From Trueperaceae bacterium (GTDB lineage Bacteria > Deinococcota > Deinococci > Deinococcales > Trueperaceae): DNA of 64,000 nt. Below are positions 34,878 through 46,401 of this stretch, in pieces. The notes beneath the pieces are model-generated. The model had not been told where the DNA came from and ran no database searches. It worked only from the letters and a program-made list of their open reading frames with translations. The stretch lies in the NCBI GenBank assembly GCA_965213705.1, contig OZ243913.1, positions 3,104,001-3,168,000 of the forward strand, in the 5' to 3' direction. Made by a program: the position numbers and the translations under genes. Numbering within the stretch: the first letter of the stretch is position 1; each line of letters begins with the position of its first letter.

Positions 34878-36137
34878 GTGGCGGGACAAGTGCTGAACCG
34901 GGCGGGGCTGACCTTGCCGCAGTCGCACTACGACACGGTCGTGGTCGGCGGCGGGCTGCTCGGCTTGGCGTGCGCTTTCTACCTGCGCGCGCTGCAGCCC
35001 GAAGCGTCCCTCCTCGTCGTCGAACAAGACGGTATTCCGAGCGAGGAGGGCGCGACGTTCGCTTCGCCGGCCGTGGTCGGGGTCGAGTTTGGAGGAGTTA
35101 AATTTGGAGGTGCCGAGTTTAGAAGTTCCGCGGTGCAGCGCCGAGCCGACTGGGCACTGCGCGAGTTGGGGCACTTGTCCGGAGTCACCGGCGTCACGCG
35201 TCCGCACGACGTTCCCTTGCGCGCTGTGGGATTGTTGGACTTGCGAGAAACCGAGGCCGGAAACACGCAGCCGACCGAAACTCTGCTCGAGTCCCTAGCG
35301 CCGGAGCAGGCTCGAGGGATTCGAGAACTCGTCAACATAACCGCTTTTCCCCACGCGCGGATAGAGCCCCGCGGCGGCTACGGCAGCGCCGAGGCGGCGG
35401 CGCTCCACTACGGGCACGGGGCGCTCAAGCGCGGGGCCGACCTCGTGCTCAACACTCGAGCCGTGCCCCTGTCCGGAAGCGAGTTTAAGCTCGAGCGGCT
35501 CGAGTACGACCGCGCCATGCGGCGCGTGGTGACGGCGGTGGACAAGGTCACGGCCGAGAAAGTGGTCGTGGCGGCGGGGGCGAGCACGGTGCGAATCGTC
35601 GAAGACGCGCTCGGCGTGGTGCTGCCCTACAAGTCGGCTTACCGCCAGTACCCGCGCGTCGAGGCGGACGAACGCCTGCCGCTGCAAGACGGCCGCGTCC
35701 GTTTGCCGGTCGTCCGAGTAGCCGGTTTCAGCTTGCGCCCGCAAGGCGAAGGTTTGCTCGTCGTCCCGCCCGCGCCGCCGCCCGACCCGGACGGCTACGT
35801 GCCCACGGGCGCGCAGATGATGGGCGTGCGCGTCGGGGTGCGGCGGGAGCTGTTGGAGCGCTTGCTCGAGCACACGGACGAGGTTCCGGCCTTCGGCTGG
35901 GAAAGCCTCAACTTGGGCAAAACGGTTCACAGAGTGCGCGGCGCGTGGGACGTGCTGACGCCGACGGGGCAACCCGAATGGCGGCGCGCCGCAGAAACGA
36001 ACCTCTACGCCCTCGTCGGGGGCGAGCACGGTTTCGGTCTGGGCCTGGCGACGGCTTACGACCTGGCGGCGACGCTCTCCGGGCTGGGGGGGCGGCCTTG
36101 GAAAAGTACCGAGGACCGAGTGGAAAGTACCAAGTGA
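34878..36137 (+). CDS. FAD-dependent oxidoreductase (DAO-like)
   Basis: VVVGGGLLGLACA..LVVE, VVVAAGA, GFGLG. Confidence 0.8.
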   Translation: MAGQVLNRAGLTLPQSHYDTVVVGGGLLGLACAFYLRALQPEASLLVVEQDGIPSEEGATFASPAVVGVEFGGVKFGGAEFRSSAVQRRADWALRELGHLSGVTGVTRPHDVPLRAVGLLDLRETEAGNTQPTETLLESLAPEQARGIRELVNITAFPHARIEPRGGYGSAEAAALHYGHGALKRGADLVLNTRAVPLSGSEFKLERLEYDRAMRRVVTAVDKVTAEKVVVAAGASTVRIVEDALGVVLPYKSAYRQYPRVEADERLPLQDGRVRLPVVRVAGFSLRPQGEGLLVVPPAPPPDPDGYVPTGAQMMGVRVGVRRELLERLLEHTDEVPAFGWESLNLGKTVHRVRGAWDVLTPTGQPEWRRAAETNLYALVGGEHGFGLGLATAYDLAATLSGLGGRPWKSTEDRVESTK

Positions 36138-36183
36138 AAGTTAGGAAAGTCGTCCTCAGTACCCTCTGCTGTCTTTTCCTCGC

Positions 36184-38037
36184 TTAACCTTTTTTTGAGG
36201 CAGGAAGTCGAACGATGAAGACCTTGCTGCTTTTTGCGGGCAGCTCCACGTTCGCCACGCCGTCTTTGGCTTGTAGAGACTGAGACCTGAGCGCGGACTC
36301 GAGCCGTTCATCCTTCAAACCGGCCTTCCACACGGGCAGCTCGACGCTCACGGCCTCACCGCGGTTGACGGCGACGAGAACGACGTCGTCCCCCAACAAC
36401 CTTGCAAAGGCGTACACGTCACCTACGGCGTAAAGGCTTAAAAAAGCGCCCTCTTGCAGCACCTTGTGGTCGCGCCGCAGTTTGATGAGGGTTTGGTAGT
36501 GCGCGCGCAGGTCGTGGTCCCAGTCGCGCTCTTCCCACGGGAAGGTGCGCCTCGAGTCGGGGTCGTGACCGCCCATCAAGCCCACCTCGTCGCCGTAGTA
36601 CACGCAAGGCACGCCGGTGTAGGTGAAAAGCAGCGTCACGGCAATGTTCATCAAAGCCTTGTCGCCGCCGAGCAGCGTCAGCAAACGCGCGGTGTCGTGC
36701 GAGTCGAGCAGGTTGAACTGCGAAAGTTGAATCTCGAACGGGACGCGGCCCCGCGCTCGCAGTAACAAGTAGTCGAGGTCTCGAGCGTCTATCGCGACGC
36801 CGTCGCCCTGGTGATCCAAGCCCGCCAAAAACTCGACCACCGGCCGGGTGAAGCCGTAGTAATTCATGGCTCCGTCTTCCTGGTCGCCCTGCAGCCACTT
36901 CGTCGCCTCGAAAAAGTGCTCGCCCAAAAAGAAGGCTTGCGGGTTTTCCTGCCGCAACGTGCGCCGAAAGTGCCGGGCGTAGGTCGCGTTGTTCGTCGCC
37001 CCGGTGCCTTCGCCCAGCATGTGCAGCACGTCGAAACGCCAGCCGTCGATGCGGTAGGGCTCGCGCAGCCACGTCCTCAGCACGGCGTCGTCGTTTCCGT
37101 AAATTTTTTGCCTTACCGAAGGGTGGCTGTAGTTCAGCACCGGCAGCGTCCTGACGCCGTACCAGCCGAAGTAACTTTCGGGGTCGTCGCTGGTGAACGT
37201 GTAAAAACCGCGGGTCGGCGACTCGGCCGAACGGTAAGCGCCGGGCGTCGCGGCTTCACCGTAGCGGTCGAACCAGGCGTGCCGCTCCGAGGTGTGGTTG
37301 ACGACCGCGTCGAGAATAATTCTCATGCCTCGTTCGCGCAGCTCCCGGCACAGCCGCGCGAAGGTTTCTTTGCTGCCGAAGTGCGGGTCTATCTCGTCGT
37401 AATCGGCGGTGTCGTACTTGTGGCTGCTCGGCGAGGTGAAAATCGGGTTGAGGTACAGCGCGGTGACGCCCAAGTCCTGCAAGTACGGGAGTTTTTGTAG
37501 AATTCCGGCCAAATCGCCGCCGTAAAATTCGCGCGCGCCCTGCCGCCGGTCGGGAAGTTCACCCCAGGTCTTCGCCACGACGGGTTTGCCTTCGTAAAGA
37601 TACTCGCCGTCGCGGACGTTGTTGCCCTCGTCGCCGTCGAAAAAGCGTTCGGGAAAAATCTGGTAAAACACCTGCGACCACACCCAGCGCGCGGGCTCGT
37701 AGCCTGGGTTGAGGTGAAAGTGCAGGTCGCGCTCGGGAAAGTACGGCGTGACGCCCGCCTCGCTCAGCCAGTATTGCCGGCCGCCGACAATAAACTTGAA
37801 AGCGTAAAGGGTCACCTCTTCAGCCGGGTTGAGCCGTAAGGTTCCCTCGTAGAAGGTCCAGGTGGAGGTCGAGGCGGTTTCGCGCAGCGGGCTCAAGAAC
37901 TGTTCGTTGTCGGGTTCGCTGCGCAACCAGGCCCGCTCGAGCTTCGTTCCTACGGGTACGCGCAAGCGCAACCGGTACCGTCCGTCGCCGAGGTCCAAAA
38001 AGTCGGGAGTAGGGGCGTGAAACGCAAAAATTTCCAT
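36184..38037 (-). CDS. malZ: Maltodextrin glucosidase (GH13)
   Basis: FYQIFPERF, YGGDL, LYLNPIF, DAVVNH, DGWRFDV, GEHF, LLDSHD, YYGDEVG. Confidence 0.85.
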   Translation of the reverse strand: MEIFAFHAPTPDFLDLGDGRYRLRLRVPVGTKLERAWLRSEPDNEQFLSPLRETASTSTWTFYEGTLRLNPAEEVTLYAFKFIVGGRQYWLSEAGVTPYFPERDLHFHLNPGYEPARWVWSQVFYQIFPERFFDGDEGNNVRDGEYLYEGKPVVAKTWGELPDRRQGAREFYGGDLAGILQKLPYLQDLGVTALYLNPIFTSPSSHKYDTADYDEIDPHFGSKETFARLCRELRERGMRIILDAVVNHTSERHAWFDRYGEAATPGAYRSAESPTRGFYTFTSDDPESYFGWYGVRTLPVLNYSHPSVRQKIYGNDDAVLRTWLREPYRIDGWRFDVLHMLGEGTGATNNATYARHFRRTLRQENPQAFFLGEHFFEATKWLQGDQEDGAMNYYGFTRPVVEFLAGLDHQGDGVAIDARDLDYLLLRARGRVPFEIQLSQFNLLDSHDTARLLTLLGGDKALMNIAVTLLFTYTGVPCVYYGDEVGLMGGHDPDSRRTFPWEERDWDHDLRAHYQTLIKLRRDHKVLQEGAFLSLYAVGDVYAFARLLGDDVVLVAVNRGEAVSVELPVWKAGLKDERLESALRSQSLQAKDGVANVELPAKSSKVFIVRLPASKKG

Positions 38038-38183
38038 GCGCGCCAGCTTACCAGAGGCGCGCGCCGGAGCGGTCGGGGGCGCAGCGTACGTTGGTGCCCA
38101 ACTCTGCAGCGGTCGTACTGGCACGGGCAAAAGCGTAGCCGGCAAACTTGTACCGGGGGCGCGACGGTTTAAGATTGAGGACG

Positions 38184-39068
38184 ATGACTGAAGAAAACAA
38201 ACCCCTGGCGGCCAGCGTCGTCATTCCTTGTTACAACTGCGCCGACGTGGTCGGTGAACAGCTCGCGGGGCTTGCAGACCAAGCGTTTGCCCGTCCTTGG
38301 GAAGTCTTGCTTATTGATAACGGCGGCACGGACGACCTGGCCGCCGCCGTAGCGCCTTTTGCAGACCGGCTGCCGGAACTGCGCGTCGTCATGGCGACCG
38401 ACGCGCGCGGCTCGGCGCACGCCAGAAACGTCGGGGCGCGGCACGCCCGCGGCGACGTGCTGCTCTTCGCCGACGCCGACGACGTGGTCGGTGCGGGTTG
38501 GCTGGCGGCGATGGTCGAGGCTTTGGAGCGCCACCCGTTCGTCGCTTGCCGGATGGACTTCGAAAAACTCAACGCGCCGAGCGAGGGCCGGGCGCGAAGA
38601 AGTATCCAGCAACAGGACTTGCAAAGCTACACCTACCCGGACTTTTTACCCCACGCGGCCGGCGGGACGCTGGGCGTGAGGCGGGAGGTACACGAGGCCG
38701 TGGGCGGTTTCGACACCTCGCTTTTAAGGTTGCAAGACACCGACTACTGTTGGCGCATTCAGCTTGCCGGCTTTGAGATGGCGTTCGTGCCCGACGCGGT
38801 CATTCACTACCGGCTGCGCGAGACGCTTTCGGAAACGTGGCGCCAGGCTTTCAGGTACGGCGAGTACAACGTCAAACTGTACCAACTTTACAGGGGCAAG
38901 GGCATGGGCAAACTCACCGTTCGGCAAGGTCTGCGCGCCTGGTACTACCTGTTGCGACAACTCCCGCGCCTGTTGCGGGTCGACGCGCGCGCAAAGGTAG
39001 TTTGGAGTACGGCGTGGCGGCTCGGTCGTCTGTACGGCTCGCTGCGCTACCGCGTGTTCGCGTTGTAG
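38184..39068 (+). CDS. Glycosyltransferase family 2
   Basis: SVVIPCYN, IDNG, ARNVG, FADADD, GGFD, QDTD. Confidence 0.92.
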   Translation: MTEENKPLAASVVIPCYNCADVVGEQLAGLADQAFARPWEVLLIDNGGTDDLAAAVAPFADRLPELRVVMATDARGSAHARNVGARHARGDVLLFADADDVVGAGWLAAMVEALERHPFVACRMDFEKLNAPSEGRARRSIQQQDLQSYTYPDFLPHAAGGTLGVRREVHEAVGGFDTSLLRLQDTDYCWRIQLAGFEMAFVPDAVIHYRLRETLSETWRQAFRYGEYNVKLYQLYRGKGMGKLTVRQGLRAWYYLLRQLPRLLRVDARAKVVWSTAWRLGRLYGSLRYRVFAL

Positions 39069-39072
39069 CTTG

Positions 39073-39624
39073 ATGACCCTGCCCGACGTCCCCGAAACCC
39101 TCGAGACCCGTCGCCTCCTCATCCGACCGCCGCGTCTGGACGACGTGCCGGAGCTTTACGCGGCAGTCTGTGAATCGCTGCCGGCCTTGAAACCGTGGAT
39201 GCCTTGGGCGACGGACGCCTATTCTCTGCAAAGCTGCGAGGAGAACACGCGGAGCGCGGTGGCGAAGTTCATTACCCGCGAAGACCTCCGCTACCACTTT
39301 CACGACAAAACGACGGGCGAGTTGCTCGTTTGCAGCGGCCTGCACCGCATCGACTGGCGCGTGCCCAGGTTCGAAGTCGGCTACTGGTGCCGCAGTTCGC
39401 AATCCGGCCACGGCTACGTGAGCGAAGGCGTCGCGGCGTTGACCGAACTGGCCCTGGAAACTTTGGGGGCGGCAAGGGTCGAGATTCGTTGCGACGACCT
39501 GAACCTGCGTAGTTCCGGCGTGGCCGAGCGCTGCGGTTACAGGCTCGAGGGCGTCCTGAAACACGACACCCGTTCGCCTACGGGCGAGTTGCGCTCGACG
39601 CGCGTCTATGCGCGCACCGCGTAA
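39073..39624 (+). CDS. GNAT N-acetyltransferase (RimJ/RimL type)
   Basis: LETRRLLIR, EVGYW..GHGY, N.RS..VAERCGY..EG. Confidence 0.9.
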   Translation: MTLPDVPETLETRRLLIRPPRLDDVPELYAAVCESLPALKPWMPWATDAYSLQSCEENTRSAVAKFITREDLRYHFHDKTTGELLVCSGLHRIDWRVPRFEVGYWCRSSQSGHGYVSEGVAALTELALETLGAARVEIRCDDLNLRSSGVAERCGYRLEGVLKHDTRSPTGELRSTRVYARTA

Positions 39625-39675
39625 AGCCGTTTCAAACAAAGATGAAATTTCGCAAGGTGCAAAAGGCACCTTGTT

Positions 39676-39770
39676 CCCCTCCTTTTAGGAGGGGTCAGGG
39701 GAGGTCCGCTTCTGTAACGACCTCCGCAGTGCCTTTGCAGAAGCAAAGCCCCTTGTTTAAGAGGGGCTTT
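39676..39770. repeat. CCCCT-TTT-AGGGG palindromic element (copy 2) plus further hairpins between convergent genes
   Basis: CCCCTCCT-TTT-AGGAGGGG..GGGGAGGT; AAAGCCCC..GGGGCTTT. Confidence 0.55.
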
Positions 39771-39892
39771 GCGGGTCCGTCTAGGGTGACTGTTAAACAC
39801 CCTCGAGTTTGAGCTGTTGAGCTTGAACTGCTGAGCTTGAACCGTGCCTCGAGCCCGACACCGTCAAAAAGTCGCTTAGTCTAAAATGTCGC

Positions 39893-41245
39893 TCAGTCCA
39901 GAAAGTCGCGCAGTTTGCGGGTACGGCTCTCGTGGTACTTGAGCTTGCGGAGCGCCTTGTTTTCAATCTGGCGGATGCGTTCTCTCGTCACGCCGAAGTA
40001 AGCGCCGACCTCTTCAAGCGTGTGTTCACGCCCGTCGACGAGGCCTTTGCGCAGCTTCAAGACCATCGCCTCGCGCTCGTTGAGCTTGTCTAGGGCTTCT
40101 TCGAGTTCTTCGCTCAAAATCGTCTTGCTGGCCTGCTCGACCGGCGACTCGACGTTGTCGTCGGGAATGAAGTCGCCGTAAAACGAGTCCTCCTCGTCGC
40201 CGATGGGCGTCTCCAAAGAAAACGGCTCGCGCGTGAGCTTGAAGGCCTCTTCAACCTTGTCGGCGGTCCAGTCCGGCCCCATCGCGTCGGCGATTTCTTC
40301 GTAAGAGGGTTCGCGCGACAGCTCTTGCTGCAGTCGCCGTGAAGCGCGGGTGAGTTTGTTGATGGTCTCGACCATGTGAACCGGAATGCGGATGGTGCGC
40401 GACTGGTCGGCGATGGCCCGGTTGATGGCCTGGCGTATCCACCAGGTCGCGTAGGTGCTGAACTTGTAGCGGCGGCGGTACTCGAACTTCTCCACCGCGC
40501 GAATCAGGCCCTGGTTGCCCTCTTGGATGAGGTCTAAAAAGCTCATGCCGCGCCCGTTGTACTTCTTGGCGATGGACACGACCAAACGCAGGTTCGCTTC
40601 GATAAGGTGTTGCCGGGCGAGTTCACCGTCCTCGACGACGCGGCCTAGTGAACGTTTTTGGCGCTCTTCCAAAGCGTCGGTTTCCTCGGTCAGGCGCACT
40701 TTGGCCGCTTCGCCGTCTTCGATGCGCCGCGCCAAGCTGATTTCTTCTTCCAGTTTGAGCAGGTCAACCTTGCCGATTTCTTGCAGGTACTGCCGCACCG
40801 GGTCGTTGGTGCGCACGCGCGAGTCCGACATCGCCTCGGCGCGCGCTTCCAGTTCTTCGCGGTCGGGCTCGTCGTTGCCGAGGTCGTTTATCTCGTCGTC
40901 GACGTCCGAGTCAACGTCGATTTCCAAGTCTTCTAGGTCCTCGCCAAAACCTTCCAAGTCCTCGTCACCACTGATTTCGGCGTCGTCGATGACCTCGTCG
41001 TCGGCTAAGTCGGCGATGGCAATTTCTTTGGAGCCGAGCAGCTGTATCAAGTCTTCAAAGTTGGTGTTTTCGCTGTCTAAGTCCAGCTCTGCGAGCGCCT
41101 TGTTGAACGACTCGCTGATTTCAGCCGTGTCGAGGGTACCTTCGGACTGACCGCGCTCGACCAGCGCCGTGATGTGGGGAGACTCGAGCCAGACCTGACT
41201 CGCTTGTTCTTCGACCACTTCCTGCTTTACCTTAGCCTTTGCCAT
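39893..41245 (-). CDS. rpoD: RNA polymerase primary sigma factor
   Basis: [59 protein letters not shown]. Confidence 0.97.
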   Translation of the reverse strand: MAKAKVKQEVVEEQASQVWLESPHITALVERGQSEGTLDTAEISESFNKALAELDLDSENTNFEDLIQLLGSKEIAIADLADDEVIDDAEISGDEDLEGFGEDLEDLEIDVDSDVDDEINDLGNDEPDREELEARAEAMSDSRVRTNDPVRQYLQEIGKVDLLKLEEEISLARRIEDGEAAKVRLTEETDALEERQKRSLGRVVEDGELARQHLIEANLRLVVSIAKKYNGRGMSFLDLIQEGNQGLIRAVEKFEYRRRYKFSTYATWWIRQAINRAIADQSRTIRIPVHMVETINKLTRASRRLQQELSREPSYEEIADAMGPDWTADKVEEAFKLTREPFSLETPIGDEEDSFYGDFIPDDNVESPVEQASKTILSEELEEALDKLNEREAMVLKLRKGLVDGREHTLEEVGAYFGVTRERIRQIENKALRKLKYHESRTRKLRDFLD

Positions 41246-41613
41246 AAAGCCTCCTTCACTTGGGTGCGGCAACTGGGTTGACGTCCTCGGGCCTTGAAAA
41301 CCCGGGTTTTGAAACGCACTACGTTTTGGGAATGTGGCGCCGTCCTAAAGCGCCCGTTTGTCAATAGTTACTCCAGTCGCCAAGGATAGCACCTTTTTGT
41401 GTTGGCGCTAGTTTGCGTTCCAGCTGTGGTCAACTTAACGCCGCTCGCGCGTGCGCCGATTTGCCGGCGCGTGAAACCCTGAAAAAAGGCTCCAAACCTC
41501 GACCCTGTGACGCCGGTCCGGCACCACCGGCACCAAGCCTCCGAGAACGTCGCGGGGTCAATGTGGGGCGCGCTCACGTCTTTTCGGCGGGGTTCTTGCG
41601 ATAGTGAAACCTT

Positions 41614-42645
41614 ATGCTTGCCCAGACCGAACCTGATAAACCCAACAAGTCCAAACGCGACTGGGACGTTGTCGTCGTCGGTGCCGGTGTGGCGGGTCTG
41701 AGCGCCGCGCGGGCGTTGCGCGCTGCGGGTGCGAACGTGCTCGTGTTGGAAAAAAGTCGCGGGCTCGGCGGCCGTTCGGCGACCCGCACCGTTCAAGGCA
41801 ACCGCGTCGACCACGGCGCGCAGTACTTCACCGTCCGGGACGAAGCGTTCAGGGCTCAGGTCGACGCGTGGCTCGAGACTGGCGACCTCGCCGTGTGGAG
41901 CCACGGTTTTCACACCCTGGACGAGGACGGCCTTCACGCACCCGACGAGGGCCACCCGCGCTACGTCTTTCCCGCGGGCATGAACACGTTCGGCAAGCTC
42001 CTCGCTGAAAACCTGGAAGTTAACCGAGAAACCCGCGTGACCGGCTTAAAACCCCGCGGCGACGTTTGGCAGCTCGAGACGAACGCAGACGGTGCGACCT
42101 TCGAAGCTCACACCGTCTTACTCAACCTGCCGCCCGAACAGGCCCTCGAGCTGTGCGCCGCGCACCTGGAAACGGGGCTGCGCGAAACGCTTCAGGGCGT
42201 CGTCATGCAACCTTGTTTCTCACTCATGGCCGGGTTCGATACCGACTCGAAACCCGAGTGGCGAGGGGTTAAATTCGCGCTGGGCGACAACCCCCTGGCC
42301 TGGGTGGCGCACGACAGCAGCAAGCGTGTGTTGCTCGGAGACACGCCCGAAAAAACCGCCCTGGTCGCGCACAGCACACCCGAGTTCGCTCGAGAACAGT
42401 ACGCGCTGCCCTTGGAAGAGGTCGAAGCGCTGCTCCTCACGGCGCTGCGTGACCTCGACCCGCGCTTCAGCGCGCCCCTCTGGACGAGTTTGCAACGCTG
42501 GCGCTACGCAACGGCAATTCGGCCTGCAGACAAACGCTGTCTACGACAGGGGGCGCTCCTTTTTTGCGGCGACTGGTGCGGCGGCAACAAGTTGGAAGAC
42601 GCTTACCTGTCGGGTTTGGCGGCGGCCAGCGCTCTGTCCGGCTGA
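41614..42645 (+). CDS. Renalase-like NAD(P)/FAD-dependent oxidoreductase
   Basis: VGAGVAGL, EKSRGLGGRSATR, DHGAQYFT, QRWRYA, CGDW..EDAYLSG. Confidence 0.9.
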   Translation: MLAQTEPDKPNKSKRDWDVVVVGAGVAGLSAARALRAAGANVLVLEKSRGLGGRSATRTVQGNRVDHGAQYFTVRDEAFRAQVDAWLETGDLAVWSHGFHTLDEDGLHAPDEGHPRYVFPAGMNTFGKLLAENLEVNRETRVTGLKPRGDVWQLETNADGATFEAHTVLLNLPPEQALELCAAHLETGLRETLQGVVMQPCFSLMAGFDTDSKPEWRGVKFALGDNPLAWVAHDSSKRVLLGDTPEKTALVAHSTPEFAREQYALPLEEVEALLLTALRDLDPRFSAPLWTSLQRWRYATAIRPADKRCLRQGALLFCGDWCGGNKLEDAYLSGLAAASALSG

Positions 42646-42652
42646 CGCTCGA

Positions 42653-42994
42653 CTAAGCCCTGGCCCCGCTCGGAAAAATAAGAATCAGGTAATAAAGCAC
42701 CACCAAGCCGACCGGAGCCGAAAAGGTGAGAATAGCCAGCAGGTCGCGCTTTAGGTAAAACAGAAACCAACCCGCCAAGCTGAAAACGACGAGCGCTACC
42801 GGGTAAAGAAAATACAAGTTGCGCCAGAAACCCGTCAGGTAGATGTCGACAATCTGCCCGCCGTTGCCGGTCAGTAAAAAAAGCGCGCCCATCACCCAAA
42901 AAACCAGCACGCCCAAACCCGCAACTTGCAACGCCAGCGAGCTGAACAGTGCGAGGACGCGGTCACCCGTCATATCCGCCGTAGAGGTCTCCAT
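42653..42994 (-). CDS. Hypothetical membrane protein (about 3 TM)
   Basis: Hydrophobic ORF filling the gap between genes. Confidence 0.6.
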   Translation of the reverse strand: METSTADMTGDRVLALFSSLALQVAGLGVLVFWVMGALFLLTGNGGQIVDIYLTGFWRNLYFLYPVALVVFSLAGWFLFYLKRDLLAILTFSAPVGLVVLYYLILIFPSGARA

Positions 42995-43050
42995 GAGAGT
43001 ACAAAGTAGCACATTCGCCGCCACGGCCCAGGGACAAGTGTCCTACGGTC

Positions 43051-43095
43051 GTAGCCGATAGCTTGTGAAAGGGTCGACCACAAGCTATCGGCTAC
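43051..43095. terminator. Hairpin downstream of acyl-CoA dehydrogenase
   Basis: GTAGCCGATAGCTTGTG / CACAAGCTATCGGCTAC, 17-bp perfect arms. Confidence 0.65.
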
Positions 43096-43110
43096 AAGCC
43101 GCTTGGCGCT

Positions 43111-44469
43111 TTACACGAACGCGCTGAAGCCCGTAATCGCGCGGCCGACGACGAGGGTGTTGATTTCGTTGGTGCCTTCATAGGAATAGATCGCCTCGGT
43201 GTCACAGAAAAACCTGGCGACGTGGTTCTCGAGCAAAATCCCCTTGCCGCCGAAGATTTCGCGCGCCCGCGCCACCACGTCGCGGCAGCGCGAGGCGGTG
43301 AACACCTTGGCGAGCGAGGCGTGCTCGTCGCGCATTTCGCCCGCGTCTTGCATCCGCGACAAGCGAATGCACAGCTGCTGCATTGCCGTCACGTCGCCGA
43401 GCATACTGACCAAGTGGTTTTGGATGAGTTGAAAGTTGCCGATGGGTTTGCCGAACTGTTCGCGGGTTTGGGCGTATTGAAGCGCTTTTTCGTACGCGCC
43501 CAGCGCCGCCCCGACGCCTTGCCAGGCCACGCCGGCGCGGGTCATGCGCAGCACGTCGGCGGTGGTGCGGAACGAGTTCGCGTTTTGCAGGCGGTGCGTC
43601 TCGGGCACCCGGCACTCAGTCAGCGTGATGTGCCCGTTCTCGACGGCGCGCAGGGCGATTTTGCCCGTGATTTTTTCGACGCTGTAACCGGGCGTGTCGG
43701 TCTCGACGATGAAACCCTTGACCTCGTTGTCGGAAACGTCCCTGGCCCACACGATGACGATGTCGCTGAAGGTGCTGTTGCCTATCCAGTACTTTTCGCC
43801 GTTCAACACCCAAGTGTCGCCGTCGCGCTTACACGTGGTGGTGAGGCCGCCAGCGACGCCCGAGCCGACGTGCGGCTCGGTGAGGCCGAACGCGCCGACG
43901 ACCTCCATGTCCCGCATTTTGGGCAGCCAGTGGGCGCGCTGTTCGTCGCTGCCGCCCACCAAAATCGACAGCATGGCGAGGCCCGAATGCACGCCGAAAA
44001 AGGTCGCGGTCGACACGTCGATGCGGGCCATCTCGAGCGTGGCGATTCCCTCCAACACGGCCGCGTCCGCCGCGCGGCTGCCGTCCGGGTTGTAAAGCTT
44101 GCCGATAAGGTCCAGTTCGCGGAACTTGCCTATAAGCTGTTGCGGAAACTCGTCGCGCGACCAGTAGTCGTTGATGATGGGCTCGACCTCGCGCTCCATG
44201 AACGCGCGCACCTGCAACTGCACCTCGCGCTGCCGTTCGGTGAGGGTGCTGCCGAGCCCGTAAAAGTCGCCGTCGACTTCGGGTAAGTCTTTGGGTTTGC
44301 GCGCTTTGCTCATTTTCATCAGCGCGGCCAACGAGGCCTCGTCGAGCGACGAAACCAGCCCGACGAGTTCGTTCAGGTCGACTTTTTCAGCGAGCTTGCC
44401 GAGCTTGGACAAGTCCATCCCGTTCAGCAGTTTCATCGCGGTGCCCATGTCCTTCATGCCTAGTGCCAT
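43111..44469 (-). CDS. Acyl-CoA dehydrogenase (glutaryl-CoA dehydrogenase-like)
   Basis: [18 protein letters not shown], RxQFGKPI..FQLIQ, GGKG, YSYEGT. Confidence 0.93.
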   Translation of the reverse strand: MALGMKDMGTAMKLLNGMDLSKLGKLAEKVDLNELVGLVSSLDEASLAALMKMSKARKPKDLPEVDGDFYGLGSTLTERQREVQLQVRAFMEREVEPIINDYWSRDEFPQQLIGKFRELDLIGKLYNPDGSRAADAAVLEGIATLEMARIDVSTATFFGVHSGLAMLSILVGGSDEQRAHWLPKMRDMEVVGAFGLTEPHVGSGVAGGLTTTCKRDGDTWVLNGEKYWIGNSTFSDIVIVWARDVSDNEVKGFIVETDTPGYSVEKITGKIALRAVENGHITLTECRVPETHRLQNANSFRTTADVLRMTRAGVAWQGVGAALGAYEKALQYAQTREQFGKPIGNFQLIQNHLVSMLGDVTAMQQLCIRLSRMQDAGEMRDEHASLAKVFTASRCRDVVARAREIFGGKGILLENHVARFFCDTEAIYSYEGTNEINTLVVGRAITGFSAFV

Positions 44470-44499
44470 TGTTGTCTCCGTCCCGAATGAACCGGCGGG

Positions 44500-46401
44500 T
44501 TACAGGTCGACGACCACACCCGCCTCAAGGTCTTCACCCCGACCATAAAGCGCGGCCAGGTAAGCTTTGTAGGTTTCCAACACTTTGCTCCGCTTGACGC
44601 TCATTTTGGGCGTCAGCAGACCGTTCTCCAGGCTCACCTCGCCCAGCACGAGCGCCATGCGTTTGACGTTCGACCAGTGGGGCAGCGAAGCGTTCGCTTC
44701 GGTCACGAGGGTTTTGAAACGCGCTTGCACCGCCCCTTGCTCGAGGGCCGCCACGTCATCACCGCCGGACAGCGAAACGAGCGCCTCCGGGTTGACGAAC
44801 AGCAGCGCCGCGCAGTATTTTTCGCCCTCGCCCACGACCAGCGCGGTGTCGACGAGCGGACTGGCCTCTAACGCTTCCTCCACCGGTTGCGGCATCACGT
44901 ACTTGCCGGTGGAGAGTTTGAACAGGTTTTTGAGGCGGCCGGTGATGCGCAGGTAGCCGTCCGCGGTCATCTCGCCCTGGTCGCCCGTGTGAAACCAGCC
45001 GCCTTCGTCCAAAACTTCGGCGGTTTTTTCGGGGTTTTTATAGTAGCCCTTCATCACGTGGGGGCCGCGGGTGAGGATTTCCTTGTCCTCCCCGAACTTT
45101 ATTTCGACGCCCGCTACCGCCGGGCCGACCGTACCCGCCCGGTTGTGGCCGGGGCGGTTGTAGGCGATGACCGGGCTCGTTTCGGTGAGGCCGTAGCCCT
45201 GTAACACGGTCACGCCCGCTGCGCCGAAGGTGTTGACCAACTCAGCCCGCAACGCCGCCCCGCCGACGATAATCGTGCGAATTTCGCCGCCCAGGGCCTC
45301 GCGCCACTTTGAAAACACGAGCCGGTCGGCCACGCCCAGTTGCAGCGCGTACAGGCCCGTCGGCTCCTGCTCGACGTCGAAGCGGTCGGCAAGCTCCAAC
45401 GACCAGTCGAACAGCCGCCGCTTGACACCCGTCAAACCCTGCCCGGTCGCTACAATACGCTCGAACGCTTTTTCCAGCACGCGCGGCACCGCGGCGAAAA
45501 AGGTCGGCTTGACCTCTTTCAGGTCGTTGCGCAGCGTGTCCGGCGTGCTGAAATAAACCGACGCGCCCGCCCACATCAGGCAGTAGTGGAGCGTGCGCGC
45601 GAAGATGTGCGTCAGCGGCAAAAACGACAGCGCGGTCTCGCCGTGGGGTCCGTACCGGAACTCTTTCAACCCCGTCAGCGCGGCGATGGCGTTGGAGGAT
45701 ATGTTCTCGTGCGTCAACATCACCCCCTTGGGCATTCCGGTGGTGCCCGAGGTGTAAATCAGCGTCGCCACGTCGTCGGCGCGTGTTTGGGTGCGGAGCA
45801 GCTCGAGCCGCTCCGCCACATCCTCTACTTTTTGACCGGTAGCCATCAACTCGTCGAAAGTGTGCAGTTCTACGCCGTCCGGCAAGGCCACGTCGCCCGT
45901 CGGCGTCGCCCACAGCACGACCTTGTTCACGGACGTTGCCGGCAACAGCTTGACAATCTCTGTTAACAAGGTTTCGCTAGAGCACAGCAACACGCGGCTG
46001 TCGGTCTCGTTCAGGATGTGCTTGACCGCCTCGGGCGTGTGGGTCAGGTAGACGGGCACGTCTACCAGGCCTGCCAGCAAACAGGCCATGTCGCCCAAAC
46101 AAAACGACACGTCGCTGTGCGTGTAGAGCGCGACCCGGTCGCCGCGCTGCAAGCCTATCGTGCCCAAACCCAGCGCCACCGCTTCGGCCTGGGCGCGAAA
46201 GTCGCGGCTCGAGAGCGCCGTCCAGCCGTGCCCGAGCCGCTGGTTGAAGGCCGCCGGGTTGTCGTGACGTGCGCAGGCCTCGTCCAACAGCGACACCAGA
46301 GTACGGCCGAGCACGGTCTCACCGCTGTCCGCGGGGGCCGTGTAGACCTGTTGTTGCGGCGGAACCACCTGCGCTGACGAAGTGCCGGGAACCTGGTGCA
46401 T
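44500..46401 (-). CDS. Long-chain fatty acid-CoA ligase
   Basis: IYTSGTTGMPKG, QGYGLTETSP, FHTGD, ITGRLKNLFKLSTGKY. Confidence 0.93.
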   Translation of the reverse strand: MHQVPGTSSAQVVPPQQQVYTAPADSGETVLGRTLVSLLDEACARHDNPAAFNQRLGHGWTALSSRDFRAQAEAVALGLGTIGLQRGDRVALYTHSDVSFCLGDMACLLAGLVDVPVYLTHTPEAVKHILNETDSRVLLCSSETLLTEIVKLLPATSVNKVVLWATPTGDVALPDGVELHTFDELMATGQKVEDVAERLELLRTQTRADDVATLIYTSGTTGMPKGVMLTHENISSNAIAALTGLKEFRYGPHGETALSFLPLTHIFARTLHYCLMWAGASVYFSTPDTLRNDLKEVKPTFFAAVPRVLEKAFERIVATGQGLTGVKRRLFDWSLELADRFDVEQEPTGLYALQLGVADRLVFSKWREALGGEIRTIIVGGAALRAELVNTFGAAGVTVLQGYGLTETSPVIAYNRPGHNRAGTVGPAVAGVEIKFGEDKEILTRGPHVMKGYYKNPEKTAEVLDEGGWFHTGDQGEMTADGYLRITGRLKNLFKLSTGKYVMPQPVEEALEASPLVDTALVVGEGEKYCAALLFVNPEALVSLSGGDDVAALEQGAVQARFKTLVTEANASLPHWSNVKRMALVLGEVSLENGLLTPKMSVKRSKVLETYKAYLAALYGRGEDLEAGVVVDL